Positions 1 through 11,448 of a DNA stretch of 64,000 nt are shown piece after piece. The position numbers and the translations under genes are program-made. The notes below the pieces were generated by a model. It made no database searches. It saw nothing but the letters and a program-made list of their open reading frames with translations, and was not told the DNA's origin. Every line of letters begins with the position of its first letter. Positions within the stretch are counted from its first letter, which is position 1. Source of the DNA: Macrostomum hystrix (taxonomy: Eukaryota > Animalia > Platyhelminthes); contig CATNEN010000001.1 in the NCBI GenBank assembly GCA_950097015.1, positions 14,012,001-14,076,000 of the forward strand, written 5' to 3'.

Positions 1-915
1 GAGGGAGATAAGAGAGCTAGAGAGGGAGATAAGAGATATAGAGAGGGAGATAAGAGATATAGAGAGGGAGATAAGAGAGGTAAGAGGGAGATAAGAGATA
101 TAGAGAGGGAGATAAGAGAGGTAAGAGGGAGATAAGAGATATAGAGAGGGAGATAAGAGAGGTAAGAGGGAGATAAGAGATATAGAGAGGGAGATAAGAG
201 ATATAGAGAGGGAGATAAGAGAGGTAAGAGGGAGATAAGAGAGCTAGAGAGGGAGATAAGAGAGGTAGAGAGGGAGATAAGAGATATAGAGAGGGAGATA
301 AGAGATATAGAGAGGGAGATAAGAGATATAGAGAGGGAGATAAGAGAGCTAGAGAGGGAGATAAGAGATATAGAGAGGGAGATAAGAGAGGTAAGAGGGA
401 GATAAGAGATCTAGAGAGGGAGATAAGAGATCTAGAGAGGGAGATAAGAGAGCTAGAGAGGGAGATAAGAGATATAGAGAGGGAGATAAGAGATATAGAG
501 AGGGAGATAAGAGAGGTAAGAGGGAGATAAGAGATATAGAGAGGGAGATAAGAGAGGTAAGAGGGAGATAAGAGATATAGAGAGGGAGATAAGAGAGGTA
601 AGAGGGAGATAAGAGATATAGAGAGGGAGATAAGAGATATAGAGAGGGAGATAAGAGAGGTAAGAGGGAGATAAGAGAGCTAGAGAGGGAGATAAGAGAG
701 GTAGAGAGGGAGATAAGAGATATAGAGAGGGAGATAAGAGAGGTAAGAGGGAGATAAGAGATCTAGAGAGGGAGATAAGAGAGGTAAGAGGGAGATAAGA
801 GAGCTAGAGAGGGAGATAAGAGAGGTAAGAGGGAGATAAGAGAGGTAAGAGGGAGATAAGAGATCTAGAGAGGGAGATAAGAGAGGTAAGAGGGAGATAA
901 GAGAGTTAGAGAGGG
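1..915. repeat. Minisatellite, 20-21 bp unit GAGGGAGATAAGAGATATAGA and variants
   Basis: Directly visible tandem array running off the left edge of the window. Confidence 0.95.
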
Positions 916-1444
916 TGGTAGTTAGGTGGATAGCTTAAGTGCATTACAAAATTATTTCTGGATTTAGACATCAGCAGGCAGTAAAAAGTTGTATTTATTA
1001 GGAAATTATTTTACTTCTTATCTCGTCGCTTTTTAAATACTTTTTTGCCTCTCTTCTCGTCGTATTCATGGGCGCGGTCGCTACGAATGTCATGCATCGC
1101 CTGTATTTCATGATCATAAATGTGACATTAATCCTATCCATGGTTGACTAGTTGTGAGCAGGTTGTGTTTCAGGACAAGCCGATTCCAATTTAAAGGTTG
1201 CCTCCTAAGATGGAAGCCAGGCTGTTTAAGGTAGACAAACGCAATTTAGCCTAATCTTTTCTAGTGAATTGATTTTAGCCTTCCTGTGATCGCCAATGCC
1301 TGCCGTGGTCCATTGTTGAGGGGAAATCTTAGTCTGTAGGATTAAATGAAACCTGTTTGACTCAATGCCTAAGACTTCACCTTTATTGGTGCAGTAAATT
1401 GTACTTTCAGTTGTCTCTGGTCAAATTAGGAGTGTAGTTGGGGG

Positions 1445-1997
1445 ATTTACTGTCTAACAGGTAGATTTACTGTCTAACAGGTAGATTTTATGTCTAACAG
1501 GTAGATTTACTGTCTAACAGGTAGATTTCCTTTCTAACAGGTAGATTTTATGTCTAACAGGTAGATTTGCTGTCTAACAGGTAGGTTTACTGTCTAACAG
1601 GTAGATTTACTGTCTAACAGGTAGATTTTATGTCTAACAGGTAGGTTTACTGTCTAACAGGTAGATTTTATGTCTAACAGGTAGGTTTACTGTCTAACAG
1701 GTAGATTTTATGTCTAACAGGTAGATTTTATGTCTAACAGGTAGATTTTATGTCTAACAGGTAGGTTTACTGTCTAACAGGTAGATTTACTGTCTAACAG
1801 GTAGATTTACTGTCTAACAGGTAGATTTACTGTCTAACAGGTAGATTTCCTTTCTAACAGGTAGATTTGCTGTCTAACAGGTAGATTTTATGTCTAACAG
1901 GTAGATTTACTGTCTAACAGGTAGATTTACTTTCTAACACGTGGATTTCCTGTCTAGCATGTAGATTTTTGTCGAACGGGTAGACTTCCTGTCTAAC
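1445..1997. repeat. Minisatellite, 20 bp unit GTAGATTTACTGTCTAACAG
   Basis: About 27 tandem units, degenerating at the right end. Confidence 0.95.
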
Positions 1998-2440
1998 CCC
2001 ACTTTCTCCCTCTCTTATCTACCTCTCTCCCTCTCTTATCTCCCTCTCTACATTGTCTCTCTTTACCTCTACTTTTTTCTATCGTCTGTCTGTCTCTCCA
2101 TTCCACCCTTCCTACCGGTGTCTCCCTCACAATCGCCCTATATCCTCAAATTTCCAATTTAATCCGTCGAATTTTCGTGTCGCGTGTCTTTACAGGAAAT
2201 GCAGATCTCACCAATAGCCAGTTAAAATCGTCAAAAATCCCCAATTGCAATGGAAATAATATTCTATTTTTCTACCCTCAGCTCCGGTCTCTGGTCTGAG
2301 CTTTGGGATGGGAGTGGCTTTACCTGGCCAAGCTGATAAAAATGGGCGTAGTCTGGGCTCCCACAGCCTCCGACATCAAAATTCAGCCACTCTTTCTCCA
2401 CCCGGCCTCTCTATTTCGGAATTCTAAAGTTTCTTTCGCA

Positions 2441-4391
2441 ATGTCCGACATTGCTGTCGACAATGAGGTGGCCAACGAGACGAAACTAGCCCACGATGCT
2501 GTCAACGAAGCCGTTACTGAGGCAGCCAAGACGGTTTCGAGTGAGAAGACCAACTGGCGAAGAACGTCTAAGAAGGTTCGAGAGTTGTCTGCGATATCAG
2601 CATCTCACGACAAGACCGATGAGAAAATCGATGAGAAGATAAGTGCGCAGGCGGATGAGAAAATCGACTCCAAAGTGAATTGGCGAAGGACTTCAAAGAA
2701 GGTCCGAGAACTGGCTTCCCTATCAGGCGGACAGTCGGGTGACAAGGGAGATGAGAAGGCCAATGAGAATTCCGGCTCAAAGAAAACTTGGCGCCGAACT
2801 TCGAAGAAGGTTCGCGAACTGTCTTCTCTATCGCTGACGGAGGCGTCGAATGATAAGGACGCCGATAACAAGGATGAGAATTCAAACGAGAAGGCAGATG
2901 ACAAGGCCGGTTCTAAAAGGGCGAATTGGCGTCGAGTTTCAAAACGATTCAGCGATAAATCATCTTCCTCGTTGAGATCCGACAGAGTGTCGGAAATAGC
3001 CGAAGCCGATGAGAAGACGTCTGAGCAAGTTGGTGAGAAGAAGGTCCGCGAGCAGACGTCACCAACAATGGAAGATGAGACGGCGGCAGCAGCAGAAGAC
3101 AAGTCCAAAGTGAAGGCCGGCTGGCGAAAAGCCTCGAAGCGAGTTCGCGAGCAGACCTCGGCATCGTCTGTGGCAGCTCTGGCGGCTAACGGGGAGGATC
3201 AGGTGGCAACTGCCGGCATCGCTGAAGAAACCGAGGATGAGAACACGGTTGAGAAGATAGAGGTACCTCCAGTTGAGAGTGAACTCGAGAGTCATGACAA
3301 AGTTTTCGAAGGGAATCCTGGTGAGCCACCCAATGAGACCGCCGTTGAAACCCAGGATGGGAAGACGGCGGATGAGGAGAAGGATGAGAAGCCTGGTGAT
3401 AAGACAGGTGAGAAAAACCCTGAGAAGGGTGCATCGTCGCGCACCTCCTGGCGTCGGGCCCGGATGCGATCGGGCAGCGCTGGAAGCAGCAGAGGCTCCA
3501 ATCGCAGCGTGACAAAAGCAGAAAACGAAAATGAAAGCGAAAATACTGAAAAAACTGACGGCGAAGAGGAAAAACTCGGCGAGAACAAAAACCGTTCTGC
3601 CACTAATCGAACAAGTTGGAGGCGAACATCGCAGAAGCAGCAGCAGCAGCAGCAGGACATCCCTGCCAATCCTCCCGAAGGTGCGGCAACCATTCCGGAG
3701 GAAGACGAGCAGGCCAAGCCTCCAATTCGTACCTCGAAGTTAGCAGCCGGTTCCACCTGTCCTAGATGCAGCACCCCGATGCAGGCCGACACGCCCGAAG
3801 GTCGCAACAGTCGCATTCGTCGGTGCCAAGCATGCGGCGCCCAGGTTTGTCTTCTGTGCGACGCGGACTTCGGCTCTGATTCCCAGGGCGCCTGTTGCCT
3901 TCAGGCCAAACTTGTGGGCTGGACCCTGGGCACCCACGCTGACAGGTTCAGCGTGTTTGGCTGCGAGAGAATTCTGTGGCCGGGCTGTCCTGCTGGACGG
4001 AGACTCGCGCGCGGCGTCTTACTGGGTGAGCTTCATGCAGTCTGCGTTTCTATAGTTCTCTAAAATTGTCAATGACCTTTCGGAGGAGAATCGGCGGAGT
4101 GCTGCACAGTCAGAACTGCTCCTTCGGAGGAATATTGTCCAGATTACGAATTTAACGACGGAACTTACCATTCGGAATTGTGAAGAGGCAGTTAATGAAG
4201 ATGAATGGGCCTTCTTTAATACCTCCATTTCAGTGATTCGCTTGCTCCCGTTGCTGCTGTTGCTGACGCTGACGCTGCCGATTGCCTGGCTGCCAGCTGC
4301 GTGCGGCTGCCTTCGCTCCCGCGGTCTGCAGGCCTCTGGACCTGATGATGATAAGGAGGCCCAGATCCTGCCTGATGACGGAGCAGTCTGA
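2441..4391 (+). CDS. Membrane-anchored protein (~580 aa): acidic disordered region with 7 W-R-[RK] repeats, RNF217-like RING2 zinc domain without catalytic Cys, C-terminal hydrophobic segment
   Basis: Model join(2441..4025,4234..4391). ATG 2441 (alternative ATG 2342; in-frame TGA at 2297). Donor G|GTGAG at 4025/4026, acceptor CCATTTCAG| at 4233, phase 1. Exon 2 reads (V)IRLLPLLLLLTLTLPIAWLPAACGCLRSRG...GAV*. CPRC..CQAC..CLLC..GTHADRFSVFGCERILWPGCPAGRRLARG resembles the RNF217 RING2 tail (GDHTSNLSIFGCKYRYLPERPHLRRLVRG, recalled from memory). Confidence 0.8.
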
Positions 4392-7300
4392 CAGCTCCTT
4401 TCAAGATATCGTTCAATCGTTGAACCGATTTACCCCGTGAGACACTCAGTACTGAATACACGCTGGTTATGGAGGCTTGTGTTGTAGTTGTTGTACTTTT
4501 TTATCGCAGAGTATCTTTCATTTCTGCACTACTTCGCAATTACAAGTAGATTAAAACATGTTGCTAGCCTACCTACATGTTAGAAAAATGCTAACCGGAA
4601 AACGAAAGAACACTTTAATTGTCTTCATAGGCGGATTTGTATATGCATATGGTATTGTCGCAATGCAATGTCTACTATCTATTCCTACATAAAAATATAC
4701 AAAACCCACGGTCACTTTTTATTGCATTAATAGATATATTAGGGAAATCTGAAATCTTCAGTCAGATCCCCACTCTCCCTTTTCTCCCAACCTCCCTTCT
4801 CCCTTGCCCTTTACTTCAAACAGCTTCTAGAAGACAGTTCTCCTAAAGGCTTGATTTTATTTCCCCTTTTTGTGATGAGTCGATATTATTCAGCCAGGCT
4901 GATAATCCCTGATCTTGTACGGCACTAGTGCAGACAAAATCGATTAGAGAATGCAATTATTGACGCTTTTGTTTAAAAACGAAATCATCGGCACCATATC
5001 GCTCCTTATCTAGAAATCATCGCATATTTACTTAAATTAAAGTACAAATATCTATGATGAAGCAGTGCTGTTGGAGTGTAAACATGTCTAATAATGTATC
5101 CTAAATAAGAAGAAAAAAATTAAGGCGGGGCTCGTCATCGGCGAATACCGAGTAGCTTAAAGACTGGGCGCGGTATTTCTTAGTAAATATTAATAGTACA
5201 TTATGTTTGGGCGACGGCTCACGCGTTTCTCGCTTTGCTACTCAACAACTGAGTACTTGCACAAGATAAAAGCTTGTACTTTTATCGTTTTCCTTTATTC
5301 TGAAAGGTTAAGATGGTTAAAAGGGTGGTAGAAAATTAAGGAATAAATGAGACTAATTCGAGAAATAAATTAAAGTTAAGTTAAGATAAAGAAAATAAAG
5401 TTAACAAATCATTTTTTCTCAGAAATAACATTTGTTATAATTTAGATTTCAGGTGTTCCGCCGACAGAACACATTATGCCCAAAGTTCAGGTGTATATAT
5501 ATGTACGCATTTATTAAATAATCAACAATGGATGTAATAAATTACAATAGCTAACGACAATTTAGAAAGAAAAATATATATATATTTATGAAAACGAAGT
5601 GTCAAAAAAACTGAATTTTTTAAAGAACAGGAGCAGCATCATCAGTGCATTTAAAATATAATCATGAAACGCAATTCACAGAAGTAACATCAGATAGGCA
5701 GGAAAATGTGGGCTAAATTTTGTTGCCTGGAGTGCAACAGAATAAAATGTCTGTTACAAAATAATAGAACATTTTGCAATCACTAACAACTTAACTACAG
5801 AAACAGAGCACAAGTGTCCAGATAAACAGATAAATAATTTTAGGTAGTATTACAACTATTGTTTTAAAATTCTAACGGCTCTAGATCATACGAGCGTATA
5901 AAGGAAATTTAAACCCTAGTTTGCTCCGAAAATAGTTAAATTGTGAAACTATAAATATAAATTCAATTCAAGGCTCGTTAAACACATCAGGAAGTGACAC
6001 AGGACACTGAGCTGTGCAGTTTTCATAAAATATTTTTCATTGTCGACGTAAAATTTGTTAAACCATTTACAAATTTTTGTAAATGTAAACTTTTTTCGCA
6101 AAAATATTGTTGTTTAGTGTGTTTACATATTTATATTGATTTATATTGATTGATTAGTTAAGTTATAGATACTTAGCACTTTAATTGTAATGTTTTTAGT
6201 AATTCAGTAATAGTTGATTGCAAATGACATTTGCTTACTAAATTATATATTTTTTTCAATAAGTGTCACTTCTAAGACGATTATTTAATGACCCCAAAAC
6301 CAGGAACTATGTAAATAGGCATTGCATTTGCCGGTTGCATTAAAATTATAACAGTCAATAAAATAAATGAATTTCATATTTCTCTTTGAAAATTCTAAAG
6401 AGAGATAAGAAAAATGTGCTAATTAAGAAGTATAACCTTACCTACCAACAAAAATATTTCAGTGTAGTATTTACGAAGTTAAAGTCAAATTTTATTGCGC
6501 TAAAAATAGCAGAGAAATTATGAACTAGATTTATCGTTTTCAGATCGCACAAGCTTTCGATAACTATACATTTGCACACAATACACAGTACATGCGACTC
6601 CTTATAACCCTCCAGAAAAAAGTGACCTCAAACAAACCCGTCGAGTTTTTAATTATTATAATTAAAGTTCTAGTCGGCAACACCAAATATGCAAACAAAA
6701 TATTATTTGCGACCACACTTGTCTAATTCTGGAAACTGTTCAGGATTGGCTCTAGAATTTATTGGCAATCTGAATCATTTCTGCATTTGATTTACCTTAG
6801 TTAATGACGCTACAGGGCCGAAAACCTTACTGAATGACTACTAAGTCTTTTGATAACGAGAGGCTTTCCGTTTAACTTAAAATAGTTTTTAGATTTAACG
6901 CACAATAAAAATATCTGAAATTTAAATAATTTTTTGTTTTAAATTAAGCCATTTTGAGGATCTAAGTAACAAGCAATGCAATGCTTTACACTCACTACTG
7001 ATTTTTTGCTAATATTTGTGCACAAAAAGAACCCATTTTTGTGTGGCAATGCGAATATATTTTATCGTGTATTGTAAAATATATAACCATTTGAATTTAA
7101 TCATTGAGATCTAATCAATAAGTAGGCTATATGGTAAAAGAACTTCTAATACCGAAAAAAGAAAACCATATACATGTGCTTTATGCACTATATAATTACA
7201 ATAGGAAAGAAAGGAAATATGTACCTACAAAATATTCGCTTCTTCTATTTTCTCTTATGCAAAATAATAACAACACGAGAACCGTAGTCTTTTGTATTCT

Positions 7301-7458
7301 TGACTGGCTTTGATTTAGCTTAGCGGTCTGAGGACGAGATAAACTAGATTTGTGTTAAAAAAATATTTAAACCTTGCAACTTTACACAGTCAATGATGTG
7401 AGATGCGGAAATTCTGACAAACTTAAGAGCTGTTTCACTTGGAAATTCAATAGCTGGA

Positions 7459-8552
7459 CTATTGACTCGCCTTTTGCTGCATGACAGCCATCATCTTTTT
7501 GAATTCTGCGGGTTGTGCGAGATAAAAATATAATTAAATGTGCATATTTCTACTCATGTCAGTAGTGAAGTGATGATTATGTGTCATTGCGTTAAAAGCT
7601 AAAATTCATTGCATAAACTGGCAGAAATTAATAAGCCAGGCTGCTCACCATCAAAGTTGATTCTTCCATCGTTGTCAACATCTGCCTCCCGAATCATGGA
7701 TCTGACATCTTCGTCCGAGACCTCCTCGCCAAGGAAGTGCATGGTCTTCTTGATCTCGGCGAAGTCGATATAGTTGTCGCCATTGTGATCGAATGCCTGT
7801 TTCAGAGTCAGGTTTCAGAGGAATAGTTTTGTTTAGGGGAATAGCTGGTACACACTGTCAAGAGTTAGAAGGGCCTACCTTGAAGGCTTCCCACATATCG
7901 GCATCTTCTGAGTGCTCATCTGAGCTCCTCTTGTAGTACTTCTTCATCATCTTCAGGAACTCGTTGAACTCGACTGTGCCGTTGCCTGGAGTGAGCAAAT
8001 ATTTGCTTTGGATTGGAGGCTAGACTAGCAATCCAGTCTAATTATCGACCAATCAGAGGCTAGACTAGCAATCCAGTCTAATTATCGACCAATCAGAGGC
8101 TAGACTAGCAATCCAGTCTAATTATCGACCAATCAGAGGCTAGACTAGCAATCCAGTCTAATTATCGACCAATCAGAGGCTAGACTAGCAATCCAATCTA
8201 ATTATCGACCAATCAGAGGCTACACTAGCAATCCAATCTAATTATCGACCAATCAGAGGCTACACTAGCAATCCAATCTAATTATCGACCAATCAGAGGC
8301 TAGACTAGCAATCCAATCTAATTATCGACCAATCAGAGGCTAGACTAGCAATCCAATCTAATTATCGACCAATCAGAGGCTACACTAGCAATACCTCCCA
8401 TTACCCACCGTCAATGTCAACGTCCGCAATCATTAGCTTGACTTCATCCTCGTTAGTCTTGAAGCCGATAAATTTGAGCACTTTCTGCAGCTCGCCGCTG
8501 GTTATCCGACCATCCTGGTCGATATCGAAGAAGTTGAAGGCCTCTTGCAGTG
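7459..8552 (-). CDS. Calmodulin-like protein, four EF-hand core exons
   Basis: Exons 8552-8409, 7985-7879, 7796-7649 and 7505-7459 are GT-AG with matching phases. Translation: LQEAFNFFDIDQDGRITSGELQKVLKFIGFKTNEDEVKLMIADVDIDGNGTVEFNEFLKMMKKYYKRSSDEHSEDADMWEAFKAFDHNGDNYIDFAEIKKTMHFLGEEVSDEDVRSMIREADVDNDGRINFDEFKKMMAVMQQKASQ*. Intron positions correspond to canonical calmodulin introns. Too diverged to be calmodulin itself. Confidence 0.95.
8016..8392. repeat. Intronic minisatellite, 40 bp unit GAGGCTAGACTAGCAATCCAGTCTAATTATCGACCAATCA
   Basis: About 9.4 near-identical units filling almost the whole 7986-8408 intron. Confidence 0.95.
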
Positions 8553-9010
8553 CTGGCAGGGTGAGGAGGGGCTTGCAATTAAAAGTACATCGAGTAAAGA
8601 CAGACAGCAGGAAGGTAAAGCATTTTCATTTTTAGATGAAAGTGACTAAAGGCACGCTAAAGCAGACTTTTTTTTAAAAAAATTGAACACTGCTTCAGAT
8701 ATGGCCTAGGATGAACTAGATCAAGGATGGTCCGGATATTAAACTTTTGGTTACTAAAGCCACGGTCACTTTGGTCACTTGATCACGCGATTCTAATCAA
8801 TTCATCGTCAATTAAGAGAAAATGCATTGCTCCAGTGCCGGACTCAATTTGAGACCACTTCATCTGCTGCCAGCATCAGTATAGGAATGGGAAGTGGGGA
8901 TAATAGAGACAGAGGGGAGAGACAGGTTGGGTTCTTTGACTTCTTAGACGGGAAGTACAGGAGGTTTGTATTATTCAGAGATAGAAGACGACGAGAATTT
9001 GGAAGAGTGT

Positions 9011-9458
9011 AAGATGTAGGGAGACAATGAGATGTAGGGAGACAATGAGATGTAGGGAGAGAATGCGATTCAGGGAGAGAATGAGAAGTAGGGAGACAAT
9101 GATATGAAGGGAGACAATGAGATGTAAAGAGAGATAATGAGATGTAGGGAGAGAAAGAAATTTAGGGAGAGAATGAAATGTAGGGAGAGAATGAGATGTA
9201 GGGAGACAATGAGATGTAGGGAGACAATGAGATGTAGGGAGAGAATGAGATGTAGGGAGACAATGAGATGTAAAGAGAGATAATGAGATGTAGGGAGAGA
9301 AAGAAATTTAGGGAGAGAATGAAATGTAGGGAGAGAATGAGATGTAGGGAGACAATAAGATGTAGGGAGACAATGAGATGTAGGGAGAGAATGAGATGTA
9401 GGGAGAGAATGAGATGTAGGGAGAGAATGGGATGTAGGGAGAGAATGGGATGTAGGGA
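9011..9458. repeat. Minisatellite, 18 bp unit ATGAGATGTAGGGAGA(CA/GA)
   Basis: Tandem array. Confidence 0.9.
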
Positions 9459-9855
9459 TACAGCAAGAGCCGGTATAGACGTACAATTTCCCGCAAGGCC
9501 AACCGAATCTACATCTATAACATTTCTCATATCGATCACCAGCTCACACATTCGACCAGCATTCGGCAGAAGATTAGCCTGTGAGCACGCTAAGCAATAA
9601 TGAATGCAAATTAGCCGCAAAGAATCTGCAAGGCTGGTGCCGTTAAACTGATCCATACTCCAACATCAAATGCAAATTTTGCAATCCCATAAGATGGCAT
9701 CAGAGAGCCGGGTAGGAAAGAAACAAGAAAGCATTGTAAATGCACGGTTTTGCTGCTGCTGCAAAGAGAACCAATTTAGAGAGAATCGTAAGAGACAGGG
9801 ACTGTGATCTGATGGCTGTTTCTATGGTAGTTTTGAGAATAATTGGGCTTTGACG

Positions 9856-10258
9856 GTGAGATTAGAAGTGAGATTAGACAGTGAGATTAGACAGTGAGAT
9901 CGAACAGTGAGATCAGATAGATTAGACAGTGAGATTAGACAGTGAGATTAGATAGTGAGATTAGACAGTGAGATTAGACAGTGAGATAAGACAGTGAGAT
10001 TAGATAGTGAGATTAGACAGTTAGATTAGACAGTGAGATTAGACAGTGAGATTAGACAGTGAGATCAGACAGTGAGATTAGATAGTGAGATTAGACAGTG
10101 AGATTAGACAGTGAGATCAGACAGTGAGATTAGATAGTGAGATTAGATAGTGAGATTAGACAGTGAGATTAGACAGTGAGATTAGACAGTGAGATTAGAC
10201 AGTGAGATTAGACAGTGAGATTAGACAGTGAGATTAGACAGTGAGATTAGACAGTGAG
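9856..10258. repeat. Minisatellite, 13 bp unit GTGAGATTAGACA
   Basis: Tandem array. Confidence 0.95.
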
Positions 10259-10495
10259 AAGATAAGCAAATGCATGTGTCACGTAATGACAATTTCATGT
10301 AATTCATTCTGCCTGCCTGGTAACACACAGATTCCATTAGCTTTGCTTTAAGTTTAGTTTGAGGTTTTGCTGAAATCATTGAAACAAGAGAAAGATTTCC
10401 CACAGATCCGTTGTACCCCGTGTGAAACAGACTATTTTTACTAAAATCTGCCAATCACTCACTCACAGAACTTTTCTTTTACTCTCTATCTCAAC

Positions 10496-11096
10496 TCAGT
10501 CACTCTCTGATTGTCACTCTCTGAAAGTCACTCTCTAATTGTCACTCTCTGAAAGTCACTCTCTGAAAGTCATTCTCACTCATTCACCCTCACTCAGTCA
10601 CTCTCACTCAGGCACTCTCACTCAGTCACTCTCTGATTGTCACTCTCTGATTGTCACTCCCTGATTGTCACTCTCTGATTGTCACTCTCTGATTGTCACT
10701 CTCTGATTGTCACTCTCTGATTGTCGCTCTCTGAAAGTCACTCTCTGAAAGTAATTCTCACTCATTCACCCTCACTCAGTCACTCTCACTCAGGCACTCT
10801 CACTCAGTGTCACTCTCACTCAGTCACTCTCACTCAGTCACTCTCTGATTGTCACTCTCTGATTGTCACTCCCTGATTGTCACTCTCTGATTGTCACTCT
10901 CTGATTTTCACTCTCTGATTGTCACTCTCTGATTGTCACTCTTTGATTGTCACTCTCACTCAGTCACCCTCACTCAGGCACTCTCACTCAGTCACTCTCT
11001 GATTGTCACTCTCTGATTGTCACTATCTGATTGTCACTCTCACTCAGTCACACTCACTCAGGCACTCTCACTCAGTCACTCTCTGATTGTCACTCT
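10496..11096. repeat. Minisatellite, 14 bp unit GTCACTCTCTGATT / GTCACTCTCACTCA
   Basis: Tandem array of two interleaved variants. Confidence 0.9.
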
Positions 11097-11448
11097 CCTG
11101 CAATAACCTTTGTAGTCAGTAAAAATCTGAGAGTCTCAAACATTTGCAGACTTTATTAAAACAGTCAAACAAAAAAGTAATTAGCCTACGCAAGCATGGC
11201 AAATGAACCCCAGCTTCACTTCCTGATGGACGAAATTCAGAATCAAACACAAACCCAAGGGATTTGTCAGTCAAAAAAAATTCCTTCAAATATCCGCCTA
11301 CGTAAGTTTAGAAAAATCCTAAAATATCGAGCGAAAAGACGGAACTGACTCAAGCTGAGATTTGAGCAGCCAGCAATCGACTGTTCCACTTAGTAGCAGA
11401 GTAGTGCCGAAAATGTTCTCAGATAGATATAGAAATATAGCAACTTAC

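Noticed and set aside
4026-4063. ORF-track C-terminus ELHAVCVSIVL* and TTG start at 2303
   Set aside because: A strong donor at 4026 and an in-frame hydrophobic exon give a better model. Non-ATG starts are not expected here.
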